Below, piece by piece: positions 25,730 to 38,159 of a DNA stretch of 64,000 nt (the first letter of the stretch is position 1; each line of letters begins with the position of its first letter). The DNA is from Leucoraja ocellata. Its lineage: Eukaryota. The DNA is taken from NCBI GenBank assembly GCA_036785375.1, contig JAWMAR010000158.1, positions 1,488,001 through 1,552,000 on the forward strand, read 5' to 3'. The position numbers and the translations under genes are program-made. The notes below the pieces were generated by a model. The model made no database searches. It saw only the letters and a list, made by a program, of their open reading frames with translations, and was not told the origin of the DNA.

Positions 25730-25960
25730 CAAGATTAAAGTTGGTAAGGGGAGTAGAGAAGTCAAGATGGTTGACGATGCACTGGAAGTTGGAAATAAAA
25801 AGTTCCAGTGAGGGTTAAAGGCTGTCAGGGGCAGTCCATGAGGAGAAGGAATGTTGGAGACAGGACATCGCCTATCCTTGCTCTCCAGAGATGCTGAGTT
25901 ACGGCATCACTTTGTCTCTTTTTTTGTAAACCAGCATCTAACAATTTAAATCCTACAAGT
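25730..25960. mobile_element. Penelope RT fragment (-) abutting a terminal-repeat fragment
   Basis: 25740-25860 is homologous to 1665-1780, followed by 'tctccagagatgctgagttac...ccagcatct'. Confidence 0.6.
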
Positions 25961-26479
25961 TGAAGAATTTGAAAGGAAGAGGAAAGGAATTGTAGTAATG
26001 GAGTTGAGATTCCCAAAGGTTGTTTCACATTGGTATCTCTCTTGCTGAGCAGCTGGGTGCTCTGTAAAGTAGAATAATTTAAGCCTTCAATAGCATCATT
26101 AAGAAGAAGCTTACAGTTACAAGAAATTGGAATTCAATTGCTGAATAGTTGTAGAATCATAGGCATGCAGCACGGAAAGAAGTCCTTCAGCTAAACTCAT
26201 CCATGCCAACCAAGATGCCCATCTACATGAATACCATTTGCCTGCATTTGACCCTTATCCCTCTAACCTTTCCTGTTCAGGTACTTATCCAACCTTTTAA
26301 ATGGTGCTTTAGTACTGCCTCAACTACTTCCTTCGGCAGCTCTCAGGTTCCTGCTAAGTCTTTACACTCTATGTTATGAGGATGCAAGGAGTGAGCCAGA
26401 TATCTAAATCTACATATGCACTTAATGTAGAACAGAAAATAGATACAAGTAGAATGTTATTCGATATGTGAATGAGAAT

Positions 26480-27380
26480 AACTGCTGTGGATGAAGTTAA
26501 TGTGTGAAAGTGCACAGTCATCTACTTTGCTACCCAAAATCAAAATATTTTCTAAGCAACAAGAGGTTAATGCCTATCTGAACTATTGTCAAAGTGCGGA
26601 GACCACTAGTAGATACTGGATTTTCAAACTAAAGTCGAAAAGGATACTGGATTGTGGATGTGTAGTTCTGGAACTAAGTAAGGAAAGAGGTTTATTTGCA
26701 ACACTTCAAACCACTAGTTGGAGCCCACCTGAAGAACTACACTTATTTTTAGGCTCAACAATAGGTAGGAAACATTGGGCTTGGAGAGACTGCAGTATGG
26801 ATGTAGCAGAATGTTTACTTGACTAAAAAAGATTAAATATGATATGAGGTTGCATAGACTAGATTTGTGTTTCCTTTAGCATAGATTAAGTAGTGGGCAA
26901 AATGAGGTGGTGATAGTAATTAAAGGATTTGTCAAAATCGATAGAGGATAGTTAGTCTGAAGAAGGATTTCAACCCAAAACGTCACCCTTTCCTTTTCTC
27001 TAGAGATGCTGCGTGACCTGCTGTGTTACGCCAGCATTTTGTGTCTATCTTCAATAGAGGAATTGTTTGCTTTGGTGGAGGCATTGGTGTTTTAGATCAA
27101 AAGAGCCCATATCAAAATTAGATCTAGACCTTACAGGTGTGGGATCAGAGAACATTTCATCGTACAACGTATAGTGGAGATCTGGAACTATCACAAGGTA
27201 TTCTGCTTCTATCTACAGTTACAATATCATTTGAAAATTTCAACATTAAGATTAATAGTGTTAGCCATGTGTTATAGAACCAAGCCACACAGATTGAATT
27301 TAATTTGAAGGCCACCATCATCTAATTCAATGGTAAAACAAGGGATGCATCATCTCCTCTTGTAGCTGTGTTTCAATGGG
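26480..27380 (+). mobile_element. Old degraded CR1 with a Penelope repeat inserted at 26952-27052
   Basis: CR1-like 'aaacactactagttggagcccacctgaag'-type (RPHLE) region and 'cgtatagtggagatctggaac'. The insert begins 'agtctgaagaaggatttcaacccaaaacgtcaccc'. Confidence 0.5.
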
Positions 27381-27969
27381 GCATTTTAAACTTTAAGATT
27401 AATGCAAACAAATAATATCTCCAGCCATTACATTTCAAAAAATGCACCCATTACAACTGTTTAATTTAATAGCAATAATATTTTTACCCATGGATCCATA
27501 AATTATATTTTTGTCAAAACATGAACCAAAATTTAAAAAAAATAATTATTCATTTTAAGCATAATGGAATACCCTACACTCCATTCATTAGCAATCCCAA
27601 GAAATACATTTTATTTATCAAGTAAACCTGAATCTGAGAGACTCAAAACAAAAAAGATTACAGATGCTGGAAATTCAAAATAAAAGTAGAAAATACTGGA
27701 AATACACGTGTCAAGCAGCATTTGTGGAGAGTGAAGCAGATTACAGTTTCAGGTTGATAATTCTTCATCAGAGAGTCCTGATAAAAAATCATTAACATGG
27801 ATATCTTACACAACAGTTACTGCCACACGTGTTGCGCATTCCCAATGAGTTCTTTTTGATATATGTTTCTGTTAATTACATTTATAAATTGCCACACTAA
27901 CTCCTACAGAAATAGGCAAAGAATCATGCAACACTCCTGTGAATAGAAGATAATTATGGTGGCCACATG

Positions 27970-28960
27970 TCATAGATTCATAGATTCACAGAGTCATGTA
28001 GGGAACAGAAGCGTGGAAACAGACCCTTCAGCCCAACTTGCCACACCAAATGACATGTCCCATTTACACTAGTCCCACCTGCCTGCATCTGGCCTGTATT
28101 CCTCTAGACTATCCAGGTAACTGTCTAAATGTTTTTTAAACATTGCGATAGTACCAGCCTCAACTACCTCCTCCGGCAGCTCATTCCATACGCTCACCAC
28201 CCTTTGTGTGAAAAAATTACCCCTCAGGTTCCTATTAAATCTTCCCCCACCCCCCCCCCCTCAACCCCCCTCCCTCACCCCCCCACCCCACCCCCCCCTC
28301 AACCCCCCTCCCTCACCCCCCCACCCCCCCCCCCCCAACTTAAACCCATGTCCTTTGGTTATCAATTCTACTTTGAGCAAGAGACTCTGCGACTACCTGA
28401 TCTATTCCTCTCATTTTGTACACTTCCATATGCTCTTCCCTCATCCTCCTGTGCTCCAAGGAATAAAGACCTAGCCTGCTCAACCTCTCCCTCTCAGGCT
28501 CTCGAGTCCTAGCATCATCCTCATAAATCTTCTCTGCACCCTTTCCAACTTGACAACATTTTTCCTATAACATGGTGCCCAGAACTGAGCACAATACTCT
28601 AAATGCCTCACCAATGTTTTATATACCTGCAACATGGCTTCCAAACTTCTATATTCGATACCCAGACTGATGAAAACCATTGTGCCAAATGATTTTTCGA
28701 CCACCCTATAAACCTGTGCCATCATTTTTGAGGAACTAAGTACCTGAGCTCCTAGATCCCTCTGCTCCACAACACTCCCCACAGTCCCACCATTCGCTGT
28801 GTAAGTTCTGCCCTCGTTAGACTTCCCTAACTGTAACACCTCACATTTCTATGAATTAAATTCCATCGACCATTCCTCAGCCCTGCTGCCCAACCATTCA
28901 AGATCCTGCTGCAATTTTTGAAATCCATCTTCACTACCTACAATATTACCCACTTTAATG
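27970..28960 (-). mobile_element. CR1 LINE 3' ~1 kb containing a C-rich low-complexity expansion (28244-28336)
   Basis: ORF 28480..28839 has GSVVEQRDLGAQV...RHLEYCAQFWAPCYRKNVVKLERVQRRF. KVGNIVGSEDGFQKLQQDLEW lies at ~28880-28955. Confidence 0.88.
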
Positions 28961-28964
28961 TCAT

Positions 28965-30110
28965 GGCCAAGTGGTGGCATGCTGTACATCAGGCAGTGAA
29001 GAAAGCTAATGGCATGTTGGCCTTCATTGTGAGAGGATTTGAGTTTAGGAGCAAGAAGGTCCGACTGTAGTTGTACAGGGCCCTGGTGAGACCGCACCTG
29101 GAGTATTGTGTGCAATTTTGGTCTCCCAATTTAAGGAAGGATATAATTGCTATTGAGGGAGTGAGGCGTAGGTTCACCAGGTTAATTCCCGGGATGGTAG
29201 GATGACATATGATGAAAGAATGGGTCAACTTGGCTTGTATTCACTGGAATTTAGAAGGATGAGAGGGCCTCTTATAATCAAGTCAAGTCAAATTTATTTA
29301 TAAAGCACGTTTAAAAACAACCCACGTTGACCAAAGTGCTGTACAGACCAGAGCAGTTAGCTAAAATCACAAAAAGAAACAGACATAGACAGGAATGCAT
29401 ACAGCACACAGGTACAAATAATCAGCTCAAACCTCAAAACAAAGATCAGCCACATCAGGGGGATTCAAACGTTAGTGAAAAAATATAAGTTTTGAGCCTG
29501 GACTTAAAAGAGTCGATGGACGGGGGTGATCTGATAGGGAGGGGAATGCTGTTCCACAGTCTAGGAGCCGCAACAGCAAAGGCACGGTCACCCCTGAGCT
29601 TGAGTTTAGATTGCGAGACAACCAGAAGCCCCAAGTCAGCCAACCTGGAGGTAGAGTAAGGGGTAAGGAGGTCTGTGATATAGGAGGGAGCAAGCCCATT
29701 TTGGGCTTTATAGACAAACCTTAAAGAATCATATAACATTCTTAAAGGCTTAGATAGGCCAGATGCAGGAAAAATGTTCCTGATGTTGGGGGTGTCCAGA
29801 ACCAAGATTCACAGTTTAAGAATAGGGAGTAGGCCATTTAGGACTGAGGTGAGGAAAACTTTTCTTTCCAGAGAGTTGCGAATCTGCAGAATTCTCTGCC
29901 ACAGAAGGCAGTGGAGGCCAATTCATGGATGTTTTCAAGAGAGTTAAATTTTGCTCTTAGGGCTAAGGGAATCAAGGGATATGGGGAAAAAGCAGGAACG
30001 GGGTATTGATTTTATATTATCAGCCATGATCACATTGAATGGCGGTGCCAGTTCGAAGGGCCGAAGGGCCTACTCCTGCACCTATTTTTCTATGTTTCGA
30101 TGTTTTCTAT
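28965..30110 (+). mobile_element. CR1/HER1 LINE 3' part, split by an L2 insertion
   Basis: [21 protein letters not shown]...[14 protein letters not shown] up to 'gagagggcctcttat' (~29275). Resumes at ~29719 'cttaaagaatcatataacattcttaaagg' and runs to the 3'UTR tail. Confidence 0.88.
29277..29718 (-). mobile_element. L2-clade LINE 3' end
   Basis: VYKAQNGLAPSYITDLLTPY...GDRAFAVAAPRLWNSIPLPIRSPPSIDSFKSRLKTYIF is an L2-type ORF2 C-terminus. The 3'UTR has 'cagcactttggtcaac...gtgctttataaataaa' and an (ACTTG)n tail. Confidence 0.85.
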
Positions 30111-30139
30111 CTGCAAACTTACTAATCAAGTATGTTCAA

Positions 30140-30485
30140 CATCCAACCTTTCTGTCCTGGGCCTCCTCCATGGCCAAACTGAGCACCACTGGAAATTGGA
30201 GGAGCAGCACCTTATATTTCGTTTGGACAGTTTATACCCCAGCGGTATGAACATTGACCTCCAATTTCCCGTAGCCCTTATCATCTCCTCCCCTCCTCAG
30301 CTCTCCCTCAGCCCTCTGGCTCCTCCTCTTCCTTCCTTCTTCCCACCCTACATCAGTCTGAAGAAGAGTTTTGGCTTGCAACGTTGCCTATTTCCTTCGC
30401 TCCATAGATGCTGCCGCACCCATTGAGTTTCTCCAGCACTTTTGTCTATCTTCGATTTTCCAGCATCTGTAGTTCCTTCTTAAAC
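30140..30485 (+). mobile_element. Penelope-like element 3' end: GIY-YIG C-terminus plus terminal repeat
   Basis: SNLSVLGLLHGQTEHHWKLEEQHLIFRLDSLYPSGMNID, then a pyrimidine tract, 'catcagtctgaagaagag...caacgttgcc' and 'ccagcatctgtagttccttct'. Confidence 0.85.
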
Positions 30486-31880
30486 AATCAAGTCCAGTAT
30501 TGCTATTATCATCTGACTGACAGGGTTTTTCTTGATCTTATAATTCCTTTAGATCGGATGGATTTATAGATTCGAAAAAGGGGCCATAAATTCAGTACTC
30601 CTTTAGAGGATGCACTAACGTCACACTGAATTATGATCCAGTGTAGTTTTATGAGTAGAAGCTGTTCATGGGTTATTTTGTATGACCACCTCATATTAGC
30701 ATTGGGGGATTCTCTGTAGCTGCAGGCTGGAAACTTCTCACATCCCACCTCCCATTTATTCCACGGTCTTTTGTGACATAACATCCAAACAGCTCAGAAA
30801 TGCCCCTCTTACCTTCTCCACCAAGACTACGTGCTTGTTCATTCCCACTTCAGAAACACTGGTCACACTGGGGAACCAGAATTTCGACATTGAGAGGAGA
30901 AGGGAGAAGGCGCCGTATCACGACATTTGTCACTGGCAATATATTAGTTTACACCCTGGCTGATTGCATACAGTATAGGATAGTATAGAGATGAAACTTG
31001 CACAATGTGAATCACTTGTTATGAGTGGACTGTAGCCAAGTCAAGGGGAAAAGAGAGTTCATAACTTATCTTCCTGGAGATTAGGTTAGTGCTCAATTGC
31101 TTTGCAAGAGTTCACACAAAGTGAATTGTGCCATGTTAGTCGATGATGGCTGATCAGCATTCATAAGGAGATGGTGATTACATCATCTGGGCTGTCGGAT
31201 ATCCTGCAGTGTGTCTCCAGGGGCATGGAAGATCAAGTGCAACATTGCACCTATATTTGCACAGACTCTGGAGCCAGTCCTTTTTCCATAATGTAATAAT
31301 GGCCAACATACTGTCAACACTTATGAATCTGCAATAGTCCAGCAAATGAAGGTGTGAGGCACGGCCTGTGCTGCAGCCCAGGCAGAAGACATCCAAGTGT
31401 TGTCCGAGACATCCTACAGCTATTTGGCTTGAGTTTTTTGCCAGGAGCTTTTAGGATGTCATGGCAATCCAGTGATCTGCCCTCTATCAAATTGGTAGGA
31501 TTGTTGATAGTTTGCCCCAGGGAGTGCCTGTGATAGTATCCATTAGCCTGTCATTATTACTTTGACAGCGACTTAACATTTTACAATAGGTTTGATAGCT
31601 TATCTCTCCTTGAGAGATGCAATACTGGCCAGTCCACTTTCCCATGACACCTGTTTCTCTTTACTCAACAGGAAGGAGATGAAAGGCCCTCTCTCTGAGT
31701 AAACAACATCGGTGACATCCCATAGGTAATGATGAAGAATGGCAGCTCTGCCAAGAATGATGCAGCAGCTAAAATATTCAGTGTAACTTCCAAGCATGAT
31801 TCCATAGTTGAGTTTCTGTCTACAGAAGTTGGAATATATTTCAGTCATCACTGTTACTGAAGATCACAGCCTCAAAAAGC

Positions 31881-34643
31881 CTGAAGGCTTTGTGTCTCAA
31901 TGCAAGGAGTATTTGTAATAAGATGGATGAGTTGAACGTGCAGATAGCCATTAATGACTATGATATAGTTGGGATCACGGAGACATGGCTCCAGGGTGAC
32001 CAAGGCTGGGAGCTGAACATCCAGGGATATTCAATATTCAGGAGGGATAGAGCAAATGGAAAAGGAGGTGGGGTAGCGTTGCTGGTTAGAGAGGAGGTTA
32101 ACGCAGGTTTGGAGGATGTGGAATCGGTATCGCTGCGAAACACTAAGGGGCAGAAAACGCTGGTGAGTGTTGGGTACAGGCCACCTAACAGTAGTAGTGA
32201 AGTTGGAGATGGTATCAAAACAAGAAATTAGAAATGCGTGCGACAAAGGCAGTTATAATGGGTGACTTCAATCTACATATAGATTGGGTGAATCAAATTG
32301 GCAGGGGTGCTGAGGAAGAGGATGTCTTGGAATGTATGCGGGATAGTTATCTAAATCAACATGTAGAGGAACCAACGAGAGAGCAGGCTATTTTAGACTG
32401 GGTATTGAGTAATGAGGAAGGGTTAGTTAGCAGTCTTGTTGTGCGTGGCCCCTTGGGCAAGAGTGACCATAATATGGTTGAGTTCTTCATTAGGATGGAG
32501 AGTGACATTGTTAATTCATAAACAATGGTTCTGAACTTAAAGAAAGGTAACTTTGAGGGTATGAGACGTGAATTGGCCAAGATTGACTGGCAATTAATTC
32601 TAAAAGGGTTGACGGTGGATATGCAATGGAAGACATTTAAAGACTGCATGGATGAACTACAAAAATTGTTCATCCCAGTTTGGCAAAAGAATAAATCAGG
32701 GAAGGTAGTGCATCCGTGGATAACAAAGGAAATCAGGGATAGTATCAAAGCGAAGGATGATGTGTACAAATTAGCCAGAAAAAGCAGCATACCAGAGGAC
32801 TGGGAGAAATTCAGAGACCAGAAGAGGAGGATAAAGGGCTTAATTAGGAAAGGAAAAATAGATTATGAAAGAAAACTGGCAGGGAACATAAAAACATACT
32901 GCAAATGTTTTTATAGATATGTGAAAAGAAAGAGATTAGTTAAAACAAATGTAGGTCCCTTGCAGTCAGAAACAGGTGAGTTGATCATGGGGAACAAGGA
33001 TATGGCGGACCAATTGAATAACTACTTTGGTTCCATCTTCACTAAGGAAGACATAAATAATCTTCCGGAAATAGCAGGGGACCGCGGGTCAAAGGATTTT
33101 GAGGAATTGAATGAAATCCAGGATAGTCGGGAAGTGGTGTTGGGTAAATTGAATGGATTAAAGGCCGATAAACCCCCAGGGCCAGATAGGCTGCATCCCA
33201 GAGTACTTAAGGAAGTAGCTCCAGAAATAGTGGATGCATTAGTAATAATCTTTCAAAACTCTTTAGATTCTTGAGTAGTTCCTGACGATTGGCGGGTAGC
33301 AAACGTAACCCCACTTTTTAAGAAGGGAGGGAAAGAGAAAACGGGGAATTACTAACCAGTTAGTCTAACATCGGTAGTGGGGAAACTGCTAGAGTCAGTT
33401 ATTAAAGATGGGATAGCAGCACATTTGGAAAGTGGTGAAATCATTGGACAAAGTCAGCATGGATTTACGAAAGGTAAATCATGTCTGACGAATCTTATAG
33501 AATTTTTCGAGGATGTAACTAGTAGCGTGGATAGGGGAGAACCAGTGGATGTGGTGTATCTGGACTTCCAGAAGGCTTTCGACAAGGTCCCACATAAGAG
33601 ATTAGTATACAAACTTAAAGCACACGGCATTGGGGGTTCAATATTGATGTGGATAGAGAACTGGCTGGCAAACAGGAAGCAAAGAGTAGGAGTAAACGGG
33701 TCCTTTTCACAATGACGGGCAGTGACTAGTGGGGTACCGCAAGGCTCAGTGCTGGGACCCCAGCTATTTACAATATATATTAATGATCTGGATGAGGGAA
33801 TTGAAGGCAATATCTCCAAGTTTGCGGATGACACTAAGCTGGTGGGCAGTGTTAGCTGTGAGGAGGACGCTAGGAGACTGCAAGGTGACTTGGATAGGCT
33901 GGGTGATTGGGCAAATGTTTGGCAGATGCAGTATAATGTGGATAAATGTGAGGTTATCCATTTTGGTGGCAAAATCAGTGAAGAAAGCGAATGGTATGTT
34001 AGCTTTCATAGCAAAAGGATTTGAGTATAGGAGCAGGGAGGTTCTATTGCAGTTGTACAGGGTCTTGGTGAGACCACACCTGGAGTATTGCGTTCAGTTT
34101 TGGTCTCCAAATCTGAGGAAGGACATTATTGCCATAGAGGGAGTGCAGAGAAGGTTCACCACACTGATTCCTGGGATGTCAGGACTGTCTTATGAAGAAA
34201 GACTGGATAGACTTCGTTTATACTGTCTAGAATTTAGGGGATTGAGAGGGGATCTTATAGAAACTTACAAAATTCTTAAGGGGTTGGACATGCTAGATGC
34301 AGGAAGATTGTTCCCGATGTTGGGGAAGTCCAGGACAAGTGGTCACAGCTTAAGGATAAGGGGGAAATCCTTTAAAACCGAGATGAGAAAAACGTTTTTC
34401 TCACAGAGAGTGGTGAATCTCTGGAACTCTCTGCCACAGAGGGTAGTTGAGGCCAGTTAATTGGCTATATTTAAGGGGGAGTTAGATGTGGCCCTTGTGG
34501 CTAAGAGGATCAGAGGGTATGGAGAGAATGCAGGTACGGGATACTGAGTTGGATGATCAGCCATGATCATATTTAATGGCGGTGCAGGCTCGAAGGGCCG
34601 AATGGCCTACTCCTGCATCTAATTTCTATGTTTCTATGTTTCT
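31881..34643 (+). mobile_element. CR1/HER1 LINE with near-complete but disabled ORF2 (APE endonuclease + reverse transcriptase)
   Basis: APE motifs CLNARSI, VGITETWL, GGGVAL, IMGDFN, ILDWV, SDHN. RT motifs [53 protein letters not shown]-terminal [11 protein letters not shown], 3'UTR and (GTTTCTAT)n tail. In-frame stops (for example ~32519, 33272, 33353, 33713) and a deletion at ~33975. Confidence 0.97.
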
Positions 34644-34921
34644 AAAATGCATAGCTCCTTGGACTGGAGACCTTGCTCTCCTGGCACTATAAACAAGAAG
34701 TGGTAATTTGCATTTTGCAACTTATTTCCATAGGGTAGGCACATAGTCCTAGTGATATCTCCTATTGCTCAGGAATATTACATGTGCAGAAATATGCAGT
34801 CCTAAATCACATTAAGCATTGAATGCATTAGGAAGCATTATTTGTGCTTTGTAATTGATTTTCCAATTCAGTTTAACCACAGCAGATGGAAAATCAATCA
34901 CACGATTGAACAAATTGGTTA

Positions 34922-35050
34922 TGAAGGAACTGCAGATGCAGGAAAATCGAAGGTAGACAAAAATGCTGGAGAAACTCAGCAGGTGAGGCAGCATCTATGG
35001 AACAAAGGAAATAGGCAACGTTTCGGGCCAAAACCCTTCTTTAGACTGAA
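34922..35050 (-). mobile_element. Penelope terminal-repeat insert
   Basis: 'gaaggaactgcagatgcaggaaaatcgaaggtagacaaaaatgctggagaaactcagc...caacgtttcgggccaaaacccttctttagactga'. Confidence 0.8.
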
Positions 35051-35192
35051 CTTATTGGCACAGGTTTCCTTTTGGGTTGTGTGATCTCAATGATACAAAC
35101 AGTTCAAGTCAATTCTACATTCTAGCACATAATCCTACTGGCATGGCAAAATAAATCAGAAATTAACTGAACAATCATGGAAAATATTCAAT

Positions 35193-35375
35193 GATAGACA
35201 CAAAAAGTTGGAGTACCTCAGCAGGACAGGCAGCATCTCTGGAGAGAAGGAATGGGTAACGTTTCTGGTCGGGACCCTTCTTCAGCCAAAGGGTATCGAC
35301 CCGAAATGTCTCCCATTCCTTCTCTCCAGAGATGGTGTCTGTCCCATTGAGTTACTCCAGCTTCTTGTGTCTATC
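35193..35375. mobile_element. Fold-back (inverted) Penelope terminal-repeat element
   Basis: Arms of about 85 bp: GATAGACACAAAAAGTTGGAGTACCTCA...GGAGAGAAGGAATGGG versus CCCATTCCTTCTCTCC...TGAGTTACTCCAGCTTCTTGTGTCTATC. Confidence 0.88.
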
Positions 35376-36429
35376 TTATAAAAGAGAATACTGGCTTGAA
35401 GGAAGCAAATTAACTGATTTCCAAATTGGACAGCTCTAAGTCTAATTTAGGTTGAGAAAGCTCATCAATATTATTCCAACACCCTCTACCCGCCACCCCC
35501 ACCCCCAACCTGTCAGCATCTACCTGTCACTCCATCTCGTGGCTCAGAAGGCAATTGTCAAAGAGCCCAGTATAGAAACAATCAACTGGCCAGTGTACAT
35601 ATGTCACTGGGATGTCCAGTATTTACTGTATGTTGTCAGAAGACCAAACAGCTTTTGTGCTCTGTAGTATGTTCTGCGAATTTGATTAACACTACAATGA
35701 TCGCAAGCTCACATCATATTAGCAACTGTATACTTTTAAGATATAACTAGGTTTAAGATTTAGAAGTATTTAATTGTAACTGGAGCATCTTGCAAGTGCA
35801 TACGTTCTACAATTAAGCACAACCAAAAAGTAACCACAATGACGTTGTTCCTCTTGGAAAATGATTTGATTCTGACTATTATCCTCGTGTAAAATTATTT
35901 TCTATTTTATGAACAAATTAGAAGACAGCTGTAATTATGGTTGCTCCAGGGCACTAACAAATGTAAAGTTCATGAGGAAGAGGGTTGTTATTAAAGGCGC
36001 CAAGACTTTATCCCGTTGTTTAAATGTACCTGTTTTTACATGTTTGGCTTTGTTGAAAATCACCTGTACAGTCTTGCGAGGCATCCTTGTCAGCCACTGC
36101 TTTTCCCAAAGTACTTCATTCAGATCATGCCAGCAAGACCGCAACTGGCAATCCTGTGAAGTGATTAAGCTCATTCTCTCATCAGTTGTGGCGCCAGCTT
36201 TGTAGGTGCACAATTCTTTATAGGAGAACATAACATTCATGTGACAGGTCAGACCGGAGATTCCAGATGCTAATCATTATAGTTACTATAAATTATCTTT
36301 GAATTTTAGCCAAAGGCTAGTTGCATTGATTTTGCAACAAAAGTAATTTTCATAAAACTTCCACAGTTAACCTTTGCAATAACAACTACTCAACAACGTA
36401 CCTCGGTGACTGCCAATCACCACCCCCCC

Positions 36430-36555
36430 CGATTTATTCAAATCGTTTGCTATGTCGCTCTTCAATGGAGATGCTAAATGCATTTCGTTGTCTCTGTACT
36501 GTACACTGACAATGACAATTAAAATTGAATCTGAATCTGAATCTGAATCTGAATC
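36430..36555 (+). mobile_element. LINE 3' tail with (GAATCT)n microsatellite
   Basis: 'gatgctaaatgcatttcgttgtctctgtactgtacactgacaatgacaattaaaattgaatctgaatct...', similar to 24775-24845. Confidence 0.65.
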
Positions 36556-36964
36556 AATAGACTGTGTAAGGCAAGAAGCCTTTCTTGGCTTAACTTTTCT
36601 TCAAGCAACATTTTTTTCAGCCTTACCGTGTATCACAAACTACACTTTCTGTTTGCCAGTACAGCATTATATAGTATACATTCCAATTTCACGTCCAATT
36701 TCACGTCCAATTTGTTCTGGCAGTGGTGATTGTAGAACTTATGTGTCCCCTGCCAGCAGCAACACTGTTGTGGTAGTATTTACATTATGCAAATAGGAAC
36801 TACTGGTCTCTAAGTGTCTCTCAGGCATGAGACAAATGGCCCATTGCAACAGCACCAATAGATAAATAGCACAATCTTTCTGCAAGAGTTCTGGGTCTTT
36901 CAGGGTATTGGGAAAACTTTATTGCAAGAGCAAATTCCACCAATTTATGTGGAAGAGAAATGCG

Positions 36965-37290
36965 TGCATTTAAATTGTGCCTTTTGCTACATCAGGACAC
37001 CACAAACAACATTGCAGTGAATTAAGTACATTTTTTCACAGAACTTTCACTGTCAAAGTGTAGAACACATGACATCCAATATTTATACAATGGTTCTACA
37101 ATTACCAATGGCCAAATCTGTATTTCAGTGATTTATGTTGATGGATAGAAATTTGGTTGGGAACCCAGGAAGATTCCCCAGCTCATCGTTGATTAGTCCC
37201 AGAGATCTTTTACATCATCATGAGAGGACTTAATGGCAGCACCTCCCAATATTACCCACATTACGCCATCAACATAGCTGCCTTGATTTT
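36965..37290 (-). mobile_element. Ancient Deu-domain SINE relic (SacSINE1/AmnSINE-like)
   Basis: Resembles, from memory, the Deu-SINE core read in reverse: 'gcatttaaattgtgcc...catcaggacacc...cactgtcaaagtgtagaacacatgacatccaat...gatggatagaaatttggttgggaacccaggaagattccccagctc...gagatcttttacatc...gcacctcc'. Confidence 0.55.
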
Positions 37291-37674
37291 GTACTCAGTT
37301 CCCCAGGGTGAATTCACAGAGCTGATCATTTGTTACTGTTGGGAACAGGTTTCCTTCTGCTTGTCTTCAGAAAATCAAGAGTGTTTATTTGTCGTATGCA
37401 CCAGATGTGAACTGGAACCATGAAAGTCTTACTTATTGCAGCAAACTGCTGCTGCCAATATACAATCCCTCAAAGACTTATATTACAAATGTTTCATCTC
37501 AAACTAACAATAACTCATTATCAAGCATGAACCAATGTTGAAGCTATTTGAGGTGAGTGTCATGGATGCACTTGGCTAAAGTGAGGTGAACTTTATGAAA
37601 TTAGATAAATGGAGAGAAAATGTACAGAATATTTTTTGTTCAGATATCACAAAGCAAGTTATGGAGGTAATCAA

Positions 37675-37915
37675 GAAAGAGAGGACATAGGTTTAAGGTA
37701 AGAGAGGAAAGATTTAAAGAGGAGCAACTTTTTCACACAGTGGGTGGTGGGTACATGGACCAAGCTGCCAGAAGAGGTAGTTGAGTCAGGTACTAGAACA
37801 ACATTTAGAAGGCATTTGGGCAGGTACATGGATAGAACAGGTTTAGAAGGATATGGGCCAAATGTGGGCAGGTGGGACTAGTGTAGATGGTCAGCATGGG
37901 GAAGTTGAGCCAAAT
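37675..37915 (+). mobile_element. CR1 3' fragment
   Basis: 'agaggacataggtttaaggtaagagaggaaagatttaaa...tttttcacacagtgggtggtgggtacatggaccaagctgccagaagaggtagttgag'. Confidence 0.8.
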
Positions 37916-38159
37916 CCATCTAAGATTTATTGACATACATTTTCCTCTCTCTTTCTCTCACATCACTTAGAGCGGACATACTGCATTACTATCCATTCTG
38001 TTTCCCTGTTGCATGCTGGACTAGGATGTAAATGGAGTAATCAGAATAACATGGTTTTAGGAAAACTAATGTTGGGGGTTGATCTTTACATTGGGAAACT
38101 GCTTTGCAGTAATGTCCTGGTTCACCTGGTCACTGTCCTTAAATATCTGGCAGCTGTCA

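Noticed and set aside
28900-29020. Twin-priming 5' inversion at the head-to-head CR1 junction
   Set aside because: Both arms carry their own 3' ends, overlap in ORF2 coordinates and look like different subfamilies, so they are two independent insertions.
30500-31880. ORF1 or 5'UTR of the adjacent CR1, or a host exon
   Set aside because: No long ORF, no recognisable esterase or zinc-finger motif and no CpG-rich promoter character; left unassigned.
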